A DNA stretch of 64,000 bases from Hormiphora californensis. Taxonomy: Eukaryota; Animalia; Ctenophora. The notes under the pieces were generated by a model that was not told where the DNA came from, made no database searches, and saw only the letters and a list, made by a program, of their open reading frames with translations. Shown here piece after piece: positions 50,821 to 62,116 of the stretch; the first letter of the stretch is position 1, and the number at the start of each line of letters is the position of its first letter. A program made the position numbers and the translations under genes. Location: positions 3,410,001 through 3,474,000 of the forward strand of contig CM035362.1 in NCBI GenBank assembly GCA_020137815.1. Direction: 5' to 3'.

Positions 50821-53800
50821 CGAGAGAGAGAGAGAGACAGAGAGAGAGACAGAGACAGAGACAGAGGACCAGTAGAATTACCATGGCCCACGGGTGGTCG
50901 AGAGCTTCTTGTACTGACATCCTGTCTGCTGGGTTGAGTGTCACAATCTTGCTAATAAAATCCTTGGCATTCATTGAAATCTTGTTGAAGAAAGGCTTAA
51001 TGAATTCGTAATCGCAAAGCACTACATTTGAGTAGGTTCCTGCGTCTCCGTTTTTTGGTGAAGGAAAGGGCTCCAATCCTGACAACCTAAAACAAGGATT
51101 CACTCAGCCATTATACACACTTTCTTAAACTGCAGCAGCAGTGCAGCTGTACTATACACAAAATGTACACTCAAAATCCCGTCAAATGTACATGCGCGTT
51201 TCCATGGTTACCCGCGGATTCTGGACTGACAATTGTGAGATCACTGCGCGTCATGTTTTCGCGCGCGACGCTGATGACTGCAGATTTATGAGCTCGCTAC
51301 TTGGAGATGCCAAATGTAAATCCTGGCTCCCTAATCATTAAATGCTAATCATTAAAGGGGTGAACTTTTGAATTAATTCATATGAGGTACCATTGTTAAT
51401 CTCCCAAGAGATCCCCGGGAACATTAATGTAGTTTACGAGTTAGATTTGCCTATTTTGTGCCCATGGTCCAAACTTTTAAAGTTTTTGCTCAATTTAGTA
51501 AGTAAATGATAAATGAATAATACGGTACTTACAGTACATAGGCTAGTACACCGACACTCCACATATCAGACTGTCGGGAAGCAGGGAATCCTTTTAGAAT
51601 CTCAGGGGCTGTCAGAGAGAAGAGGTTATTGGTAATTACTGCTCATTCAGTTACCAATTCGGTTCTATTCTTTACTTGATCAAGGGATCTTCTATGTATA
51701 TTGGTGAAATTACTTCCACAAAGAATTAACCGTAATCTAAATTAATATCTTACCGACATAGCTAGGGTTTCCACACACATTATTCATTAGGACACCATGC
51801 GTCATTAGAGAAGACATGTAGAAATCGGAGAGTAAGGTGGGCGAGTATTCCCCCGAATGTTGGCTCAACAGGTTCTCTGGCTGGGAGGTATTGAATTGTG
51901 TTAGTTGATCGGTAAATGAAACTTTTAATTGCATTCGTCAAACAAATTATTGTTTAAGTTGTTTTATTTGAAGTAGGACCAGCATTATCTACAGTATAAT
52001 TTCTCAGAGAAATGGAACATATACAGATTGGTAGACAAAGGAGAGAGGGATGAAGACATTAGGACCATTTATTTCATCTATATAATTATTTGTACAAGGC
52101 CGGAGAGAGGGCGGAGAGAGAGATGCATTAGGAGTCTCTATCTCATCTAATATTTGTATAGGTTGTTTGTGTCGGGTTCACAAAGAAAGAGCTAAATGAT
52201 TTGCAATTAAGTTAGTTTAAACCCCACTCTAGGTACAGTGAACCCCATCTGATCATGCTCAAGGGACCAAGTAAACAACCAATCAGAGCTCGTTAATTAG
52301 GTCACATGACTGGTTATCAGCCAATCAGGGACCAGTATTTCCTGGTTCGGTCGGATCATGCTCCACTCAAGGGATCATTGTAATAAGTCCCCTCTGCTCC
52401 AGGGATTTGATACAACAAGCGCCCCCCCCACCCCCTCCCTTCTTCTATTTATCCCCTCCCCCCTCCCGCCTTTTATTTAGCCCCCCATTCAGCCCCTTCC
52501 AATTCATTTTAGTTCTAAAGAAGCTAAAGAGGGCCTTAAAACAAATAGTCCCAGAGCAGTCCCAGCGCACAGTATTGAGTAACTCATAATAGTCGACTTT
52601 ACTTTTGCTACTTTTGGCCATTACAATATCTCTTTGCTGTTTACTTAGCTGCCAATTTTGAGCAACTAATGAACTATTTTATCAATTTCATTCATTTGTC
52701 TGGTGGAATCGACCCGATCTGAGCGTGCAACTGAGAATCAAAACCTGGCCTAGCGGCGCCAGAAAGTCGTAAATATAAACATACTGAGCCCCACTCTATA
52801 ACATCTAATTACTACATGACAGGAACCGACCGAACCAGGAAGTACTGGTCCCTGATTGGCTGATAACCAGTCACGTGACCTAAATAATGAGTTCTGATTG
52901 GTTGTTTACTTGTGTCGGTTCCTGAATCCTGTATGTACCTTAATATTAGCATGAACGATATCCTGCCCGTGCAGATACTGCAAGGCAATGAGAACATCCC
53001 TTATAATGGCTGCAGCGTGAAACTCTGAGTAATTCTCCACATCCGCCAACCTAGTGGGGAGGTGTTGGGTTGTATTGAGCTGGGGAAGAGAGTTGACAAC
53101 CATATGATATAGTGGGGAGGGTGACTTGTATTGGGTCGGGGCGCAAGAAGGAGGAAGGGAAGGTGACTTGAGTTGAAACACACGAGGAGGGGAAGGATTT
53201 GAGTTTTATAGTGGTTTGAAGCAAGGAATAGTTCTGTGTCTGTATAACTAGGTATGTGTCATAGTCTTTAGGCACGTGGAGTGCAACACATATAACAGTT
53301 ATGTGTTAGGCAGGCGCGTATTCCTTAAGTTTGTATACATTATATATAGTTTGTAGGTCTGTAGATCTGTAGGTTTGTGTCCTCTAGTATACTGTACAAT
53401 ACCGAAAAAAGGGTAGAGGGAGATTTGTGCCTGTATCTGGCGTCTACATTCCTCCCTGCATGCACCTAATTAATACCTCTGGTATAATATATACAATATA
53501 TAATATAAAAGGGGAAGGATTTAAGATGATCGTCTAACTCTCTCTTTGTTAGAGGATTTATGACCGCAATATGCTGTCGCCTGTCAGCATGATAAATGAT
53601 ACTATTCAGTGAATCAGTGAGCCTGTTGTGATAATGTCAATAGGAAGTCTGATCTAGTTGCCCTTGTCGTAGGAACCGACCGAATCAGGAAATGCTGGTC
53701 CCTGATTGGCTGATAACCAGTCACGTGACCTAAATAACGAGTTCTGATTGGTTGTTTACTTGTGTCGGTCGGCTTGTCGGTATGCATTAAACTTGTAGTT

Positions 53801-55762
53801 TGTTTGTAGTAAACTCGTTTAAATGGATCTTGTGGATCACCTTCCTATGGCGTTTGGGTCAGGTAAATACTAACTACAGTCGGACCCCGATTTACTGGGA
53901 TACTCGGAGGAAGGGGGTTTGCCCCGTGCCCGGTATATCGGAGTGATATATGTACTGTTTTTCCTCCCGGCAAATCGGGGTTCCGGGAAATCGGGGCGCG
54001 GGAAATCGGAATCCGACTAAAATTATTAATCAATTACTAGTTAATTATGTCCTATACCTGGAAAATAGTTCACCTCCCTCCACCTTCTCCATCACGACAT
54101 AGAGGCAATCTTTATCCTCGTAAATATCGGTTACTGGGCACTGGGGGAAATAATATATCGGTTACTGGGCACTGGGGGAAATAATATAGATTTCGATATT
54201 TGTTGATAATTTATCTATCACTAGATATCACAATTGAACTATACATGCATAGGAGCTCACACAGGAGTTATAATCTGTAATAGACCTAGTCTATAGCCAA
54301 ACATATTGATTATTATATCTGCAATTGTTTGGTAATAATTGACAGGCATGGCAGCCTATATTATACTATCAATTATACTGTGAACCAGACAATTAAATAT
54401 TTCATTCTATGCTTTACTTACATTCTATGCTTTACTTACAATGTTAGAGTGTCGAATGCGAGCTATTGTCCGTGCCATCTCTTCTGCTTCTTCCAGGTCA
54501 TTTCCTTGAAGGTAGTTCTGAAACAGTTCAACATCAATTGTGAACTGTTATACTGTAAACAGCGGTATAAACTATAAAGACCTTAGACCAAAACTGAATT
54601 TATAACTATGGAATGTTGTACAGCTTTTGTTGTAATTTCAACCGATATCTGAGTGTGATATGTGTAAGCATATATAATTCCTACTACAATTCCTTCTTGG
54701 TTTATGTGACATGTCTTTATTTATTTCTGACTTTCTGAGAAAATGATTTGTATATTCTTCACTTACACTTTTCTTGATCTTTTTCACGACATACTTTCTG
54801 CTTGTGTTGATACAGCATGCACCGTGAACTACCGAAATAGGACCGCTGAAGGAAAGGGACGGTTAGTCATAGCTGAAAGGCTGAAGGGCGGCGCCATACC
54901 CCATATTATTCTCAAATGAGGAAGGGAAGGGATGGTTAGTCAAATAATGGCCACTGAAGGAAAGGGAGCGGGATGATTTTGAGAACAAATCATGCATGAA
55001 TAATGAATATGTATAATACGCTCTATCTCTAATGTGAAATAATCTTCCATTATAGTTGTCATAGAAACCATGAATAAAATATACTCATATCTAACTGCTC
55101 TAGTGATTATAAACTTGTTGCTATGTAGTGCTCTTCAGTTTTATATTTGTTTGTTATAGTCTGTGGTCTGTTAGATTATCGTAAATCATATTTTATTTAG
55201 TGGTCCGGCTAAAATTATTGAAATCATTAGTCTGATCACACCACTAAAACCGGAAAGAGCCATTATCTAAATTCTCATCCTATAATGATTTGTGATTTCT
55301 ATTTGATTTCAATCGCATTCTGCCTCCAGTTACATGCCTTTTGAGTCCCATATGACAGACCATATATATGACTTAGGACAGATTTCCCGGACTTAGGACA
55401 GATTTCCCGGAATCAGGAGTGACTTAAATTTTGCCCAAACCAATTCAAAGCCTACGATAGTTCATTCAGACCCATGTACTGAATTTGACAACACATACAT
55501 TCCTTCGATTCAACAAGTTGCTATAACTCATCTATAAGTTATAGCAGAAGGAATGTATTGTCAAAGTGTAATAGGGCGGGGGGGGGGTAATTAATTATAT
55601 ATTTTGAAAATATTGCCACAGTATTTAGTACCCAATGGTAACTAATGGTAACAAATGGTTACCAATGGTAACCAGCGATTCTTACCTGGATGTTGTGTCA
55701 CCCAGATCATACTGGTCCGTCAGAGAGGACTTGATTGAGCTGGCGAAAAAGTAGTCTACCAT
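46172..55762 (-). CDS. CaMKIV-like CAMK-family pseudokinase; exons 55762-55686, 54845-54767, 54517-54440, 54140-54058, 53050-52939, 51880-51754, 51608-51533, 51086-50882, a degraded exon at ~50690-50570, 46517-46378, 46226-46172 (possible extra 5' exon 56119-56061)
   Basis: YVVKK, RHSNI, VMEKVEGGELF, YLH..DIVHANIKPENLL, SDFY, VCGNPSYVAPEILKG, DMWSVG, LLSGLEPF, ISMNAKDFI, EALDHPW. Kinase-domain exons are phase-consistent; the link to the last two exons passes through degraded sequence. Confidence 0.88.
46575..46637. repeat. (TA)n microsatellite bordering the giant palindrome
   Basis: About 30 TA units. Confidence 0.95.
46638..50270. mobile_element. ~3.7-kb composite palindromic (foldback) element in a kinase intron
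   Basis: Left arm: hairpin module 46638-47058, ~158-bp tandem units 47079-47630, and 47640-48198. It is mirrored at 48577-50270. Central hairpin at 48215-48520. Confidence 0.85.
48756..48927. mobile_element. Tc1/mariner MITE, TA TSD
   Basis: TA|CAGTCGGACCCCGATTTACCGGG...CCCGGTAAATCGGGGTCCGACTG|TA; absent from the opposite arm. Related copies at ~53877-54018 and a tandemised set at ~63670-63920. Confidence 0.9.
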
Positions 55763-57397
55763 TCTACAAACAAAAAGATGTAGGGTTAGGGATCACTTTG
55801 CGTTTTTCCTTCACGTGTTCAGTGTATAAAACCCCTAAAGAATAACAGGGGTTCTCGGAGTATACTCAAAGTGATATATATTATGCGGTGAGGTCAATTG
55901 AGCTGATATAAATACAAGTTGAGTTGTTCATACTGCGACCTGCGTGGTGTCGTGGACGTCAATGCGACTCAATAGACAAGCGTCACGCATATAATCATAA
56001 AATTATTATATTATATGCTTGACGCTTGTCTATATTGCGTCGCTATTGTAGATTAGGTACCTTTGTCCTTTTGTATTCTTTTTAAAAGCTGCTGATTCCT
56101 GCTGGGATCTTGCAAGCATCTGACCTCAGTCATAGAGTCTGCAGAAGACATCAGAATCGATATAATACTTGATCTCTTTAATTACGATACAAATCTCAAA
56201 TGTGTGCTCCATATTCATTTCAAGCTGTGAGTGTTTGTTGATATGTTTATTACTCAGAAAACAAATCTCGTTATTTTTTTCAAGATATTGGAGTTTTAGA
56301 ATATCGTCACTTGTAGTCATCAAGCAATAAAGTTGAAAAACTCGCTAGAAATTGCCAATCCATTTTATGAATTTACCGAGCAAGGGGAGATAAAGTGAGA
56401 CTGTGAGAGTTTATAGGCAAACAAATCACAAGCATCAAATTAGTTCTCTCAGGATCTACTAATCTTTGATAATTTCCTTGCAACTTTCAAACATGTGATA
56501 CATCAGACGACGATCTCTTAGAGAGGCGCAATTAATTAATCCCCTCTGGGTGTTTATATCACGGCCTCCCATCCCCACTCTTTGGGCCAATCATTTCTAC
56601 CACGCTTAATATATTCTGCTTTGTTTTTTGTTTTCCTTCGTTTACCATGGGTCAAAAGTGGTCATCTGAGTATTGGACCTCTTACCAGAAGGAAGAAAGA
56701 CCCGAAAATAGCACTGGTAGGTTACCCCTTCCCCCCCCCCCCCCTCCTAGCTATAATACCTCCTAGCTTGGTATAATACGATTTGATCGGTGAGGGTAGC
56801 ATCACATTGTATGCGGGTTCATGGTAAATTAATTTCATGTCCAATATAGCAGACTCTTTTATTCCCAGTATCGCATATTGGATTATGGTAGGCAATGACC
56901 AGGTAGATAGTTATTTAGTGGGGGATATCAAATGCTCAATTTAGTTCTCTCATTCGATCATCCTAACTATACTATAGTTCTACCCTCTCATTTCTTCACA
57001 CTGCCGCTGTTTTCTATGGTGAATAAAGTATACATTTTCCTAGGACCCAGTTCGAAACGCGACGTATCCTAACGTCACTTTTTCATTTGTTTGACGACTT
57101 CTGAAACCGACAAGAGAAACGAGCACTTTCCGTAACACTAGATTTTTCTGACTTCTGAAACCTAAATAAATTTAGCGGATACTAGCAATAGAAAACGTGT
57201 TACTCCTGCAATCTAGAAGAAGATTCGAATTTGGATTTGTGCTTGTCATATAGAAACGTATCTCCATAACATTTTGAAGTCACCGATCACAACTCAATTG
57301 TTTCTTAAGTGTCAGCCAATCAAACCACTCAGTTATAGGACTCTATAGACATCAGATGTAGTGTTTCTGTAGTTCTGTCATTTCCTAGTTCTCTTAA

Positions 57398-57540
57398 AAA
57401 GTCGGATTTTTTTATATTGTCCCCCCCCCCCCTTCTCGTGCGTTCGTTTCTTTTGTGCATCACATCACATGTTAACCACGTATGGCGCACACGTCAAAAT
57501 TGATAAATTTGGGGGTGAAAACTTCAAAAAATCCGACTTT
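57398..57540. mobile_element. ~140-bp MITE upstream of the OST-alpha-like gene
   Basis: AAAGTCGGATTTTTT ... AAAAAATCCGACTTT inverted termini. Confidence 0.55.
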
Positions 57541-57592
57541 ACCCATATGTTTTACTTTTGTAGGTGATAGCAAGTCCGGGCCAAAGTCAGGT

Positions 57593-58747
57593 ATGGGGTC
57601 CAGCTATCCTACTGTCGATGACATCATACAGTAAGTACTTAATTTTTGGTTTTCGAAGAATGAGACTTGAGAGTTTGCTGTGCCTCTTTCTTATTTAGAA
57701 GTGTTAGGGCCGTTATCTAGGTTCGAGGTTAGGAGAGATCCCCTATTCCTTCTCTAATTACCCCTCTTCCTCCCCTAACTGCCTCTCTCTCCCAGAAACG
57801 GTGCACCCCCGGAATGGCTACCTTTTGTTATCATCGGCTCAGCTATCGTTCTCTGCCTGATCGTCTTAGATATCTTCGTGTTCATAAAACACAAGAAATA
57901 CTCAACAAAGTACCCGATCCAATTCATCTGTGTTATTGGCATCCTACAAGTGTTCCCGGTCTACGCTTGTTTGAACCTCGTTGGGATTGTGGTGCCACGA
58001 GCCAGTGATTTCACGGTGTTTATGAGCGAGAGCTATGAGGCGATCACATTTATTCTGTTCATGAGGCTCGTTTTTACATACATGGGCGGGAAAAAGATCT
58101 ATAAACGACATGTGGAGGGAGACAAAATCCATCTCAATTTGCCACCTTGTTGTTGCTTCGTCTGCCTACCACAGATCTCCATCTCAAAATGTTTCTTCAT
58201 CTTCTGCGAGGCTCTCATCGGACTGTACGTTGTGTTTTGTATTGTCTTCGGGTTTATCAAACTGATTATGAACCTGGATGGATCTGAGGCGTACCCTTCA
58301 AACATGATCACCACCACATTCGGGAATTATTACCACGCGATCCTTCTTGTTCTCCTCTTTGCTGCAATCTACGGTCTATCTGGAATCTACCACTCATCCG
58401 AGGAAGCTCTCAAACACCGTGGTATTGTCAGAAAGTTTCTTGTCTACAAGATTTTTACCGTCCTAGCCAAAGCAGAAGACGTAACGCTGGGGAGCCTTGG
58501 ACATCACGGTATTATCTCCAGTGAAGATTTCGGGTACAACGACTACTGGTCCGCGGGCCTGAGACTTCGAATGATCGTTTTCTTTGCGGTGATTGTCCAG
58601 GCGCTCATTATGTTTCCCTTGGCCATTACTTTCTTCAGTGTTGAGGGATATATGGAGAAAACTGAGTTACCATCGGCCACTGTGATCAATGTGATTCAAA
58701 ACGACAGCTCGGACAAGGAACTTAAAGCTGGAGATGTGGAGGTGTGA
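57593..58747 (+). CDS. SLC51A: Organic solute transporter alpha-like (SLC51A/TMEM184 family), join(57593..57630,57796..58747), ~329 aa
   Basis: Several hydrophobic helices, VPRA..F...ESYEAI..F..L..YMGG, the Cys cluster PPCCCFVCLP, and KFLVYK. Phase-2 intron is consistent. Confidence 0.85.
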
Positions 58748-59995
58748 AAAGGCAGGACTCAGTAATGTAATACAAGGATAGTTGAGATTCTAAACTAATC
58801 AGAAATGACTTTTGCCTTGACCTTAAAAAACCTTAACTAGGTAACTGGTGTAATTGTTTGGTAACGTGTAGTTACGTGTCTATTATATCTCAACCGCTTT
58901 CGGTGAGTGATTGGTAGTTGTTATATTTACAGAGAAAACGCAAACAAATACAGCATGAGCTATCATAACATAATTCATGTCAATAACTATTAAATTTTAA
59001 TATATGAAGCTGTTTTAATTTGTGCTCGGCTCAGAAAGGAACACGTCTAAATTGGAATCAGGAATGATATTGTTTCTGTGGAAATTTCGGCAGGGGTGGC
59101 AGCCCGAGGAATTCAGATTTCAGTTTTTTCGTCGTTGGGACAGTTAATTCCGAATTCGGGAGGAGTGAAAGTTGAGCCCTGTTCAAATTTTAGCGGAATC
59201 AATTCCCACCAGTTACCACCCGGTTTTAAAAATTAGTCAATCTTTCACTTGGCAAACGCTGCTAAGTCAGCAGCGTTAGCCAAGTGCAGTGCTTAGTAAG
59301 CAGTCACTGCTTACCCTATTGGAAATCGGGATAAGGCAGCGCTTTTCAAATCTTTCACGAAAGGAATATTTTTCACAAGTTGGAAAATTTTAAATTTGTT
59401 TTTTATTCACTGCGCGCGCAATCGCGCTCCTCGTTTGCAGCGTATACTGAAAAATATCGCGTCTGCCAGTTGAGCAAATACATCAGCTGTGTTTTTTTGA
59501 GATTTTCACATGATCCTGTATTCACCGGTCAGTCCAATGCTCTGACAGGCCTTCATGTATGTACCCAGTTATCCGGTTATAGTCATACGAAACTCATGTT
59601 TTATTCATAATAAGAAACTTGTATAAAACTTAAAGTCCATGCATTTGCAGTTCTACGTTTTTCACAGATTTATTTAATTCTTAACTTGAAAATGAACACA
59701 CAAATAATTATTGTAATTGTGCATTCAATTTTATCCTAATTCCATTTATTAATTCATATTATCATCGTATGTAATGTACTCTAATCTCAAATGTAATGTA
59801 ATGTAATGTACTCTAATGTAATGTACTCTAATGTACTCTAATGTACTCTAATGTACTCTAATCTCAAATCTAAGTGTCATTTAAAAACTGTAATTTCCAA
59901 TTCCATATCGAGGATATTATAACTAAACTAACTGTCAATTTATTTGATTTAGTACCATTATATCGTTGTCTATCTTGTTAATTATAACTAAAGTG

Positions 59996-62039
59996 TTATT
60001 GGAAAAGGTAGTATTGAGCGTTGGCCTGGGTCCATGGACATCCCAGCCTGACTCCCTCAGCGATCACCTGGTAGGGAGAATTACAGCCTAGGTCGAAATC
60101 CCATCGATCAAACTCCAATCCTCTGTCTGCCAACTCTAGCATGTACGCTCTGATATTGCTGCACGCTGAGGGAAGGGTTGTAGTGTTACATATAGTGTTT
60201 GCCCAAACCCCTAAACAGTAATTAACACCCCATGTATTTCTCCGATTCTCGAAAAATGATGGACGATGGTTTAATATTATGTATGGCACTTACTAAGGAA
60301 TGAGTTTCCAGAAGATGCATGGTCCATGGCAGCAAAGTTCATATAGTTTTCAAACAAATCATCGTGGGAGACGTCCCTTTTAAATCTGTGTAGGAATAAA
60401 ATTAGAAATTAGACGCCTTTCTTGGCCCTCCCGAGGGTTAGATTTACCCGACACAAATTGAACCGAGGTTGGAAATTAGGACATATAATTTGTACCTTCT
60501 TCAAATTATAAATAAGAATCTCTCAGAATAATCTACTTTTCACCTGTTGCTGATGGGTAGAAGAGGCCCGAAGATAGAATCCTTCATCAAGCTTGTCATA
60601 CTGTACAGGGTTAGAGAAAAAGGGGGTGATATAGAGTTGGTGAACGGTAAAATAGAACCCAAAATTATTTTTAAACCGTTAAAACGTCTTTTCGTTGAAT
60701 AGTATACTAGAACTTGAGTCAATTAATTGATAATATCGATTCAAACCATGGAAAACTTACTATGAGGGGTCGAAGTTGACGGGGCTGGCATCAATTTCGT
60801 GCGTTTCACATCTTCCAACTAGAAAGAGGAAATATAGTGATAATAAATATTGTAACAAGTAAACAACCAATCAGAACTCGTCATTTAGGTCACGTGACTG
60901 GTTATCAGCCAATCAGGGACCAGTATATTCATGTAATAAATGTTGCTTGCCATTTGCCGTGATAATCAGTAATCGGTTAGCATGGCATATATAACCCTTA
61001 CGGGTTTAGCCTTGGTTTCCTAGTGAATATGAAGCATGACGTGTGTTCCTGGAACACTGTTCCATGTGTTGTTATGTGATGTTATGGTAACACATTGTGT
61101 TCCTTACCATAGGCACTCTGAACAACAGCCCAGGAGTCAGCGAAGGATTTCAGTTGGTCTTTCCTAACACTGTAATACTGAGACAGATCATTGGAAGCGG
61201 AACCTGGAGAGATATTATTGAGTTAGAATGGGCACCATCTGAATGAATCCCTTGCTCGCTTCTATTGTTACTCAAACTGGTAATGTTTTCATTACAATTG
61301 TGGAATACGTGGGTCGTGGAACAGACATGGGTATGGGACATGAGCCAATTAAACAAACTGACCGTCATTATTTCCACATAGTCCGCAGGTCCGGCCAACA
61401 TCACTAGAAACCCTAACCCGGGCCAGGGCAAGTCCATCCCAAAGTACCGTTACACCATGCCCGATCTCCGCCTTGAGCAGGATACCGTCGAAGGTGATTG
61501 TACTAACTAAAAACAATGACGTCAACGCTTTGTTAATTAATTAGTTAATTAGTTAATTATTTAATCATCAAATTAAAAACAACGGTGGTTTTTACGGTAT
61601 CTATACAGTTTGTGTATCACGAGGAGACACCATGATCATCAGTAATTAGTTAATCAAACAAATTACTACTGTAACAAATAATAAGTTAGTTTATTAATAA
61701 ACTAACTTAATTATTAAATCAATCGTGATTACTAACCATCAAATTGTAGTTTTTGATTTTTCCCAATGCCCATCATAACTCCAGCTTTGTTGATTCCAAA
61801 ACCTCTCTTGACCTCATAAGCCTCCATATCTCCGTACCCTACAAGTTAGTTAATAATGGGAATAAGTGATTAGTTATTAATATAATTAATTAATTAGTCC
61901 ATTAATTAATTATGCAGATAATCAACTGATCCATGTTAATAACCTGTTTCTGGGGAGGTGATAATTGTAAGACTTTCCACACAGGTGACATCTGCTCCAC
62001 ATGACGTGAAGGAAGCGTAGATGAACCTGTGAGATAGAT

Positions 62040-62116
<77 letters not shown>

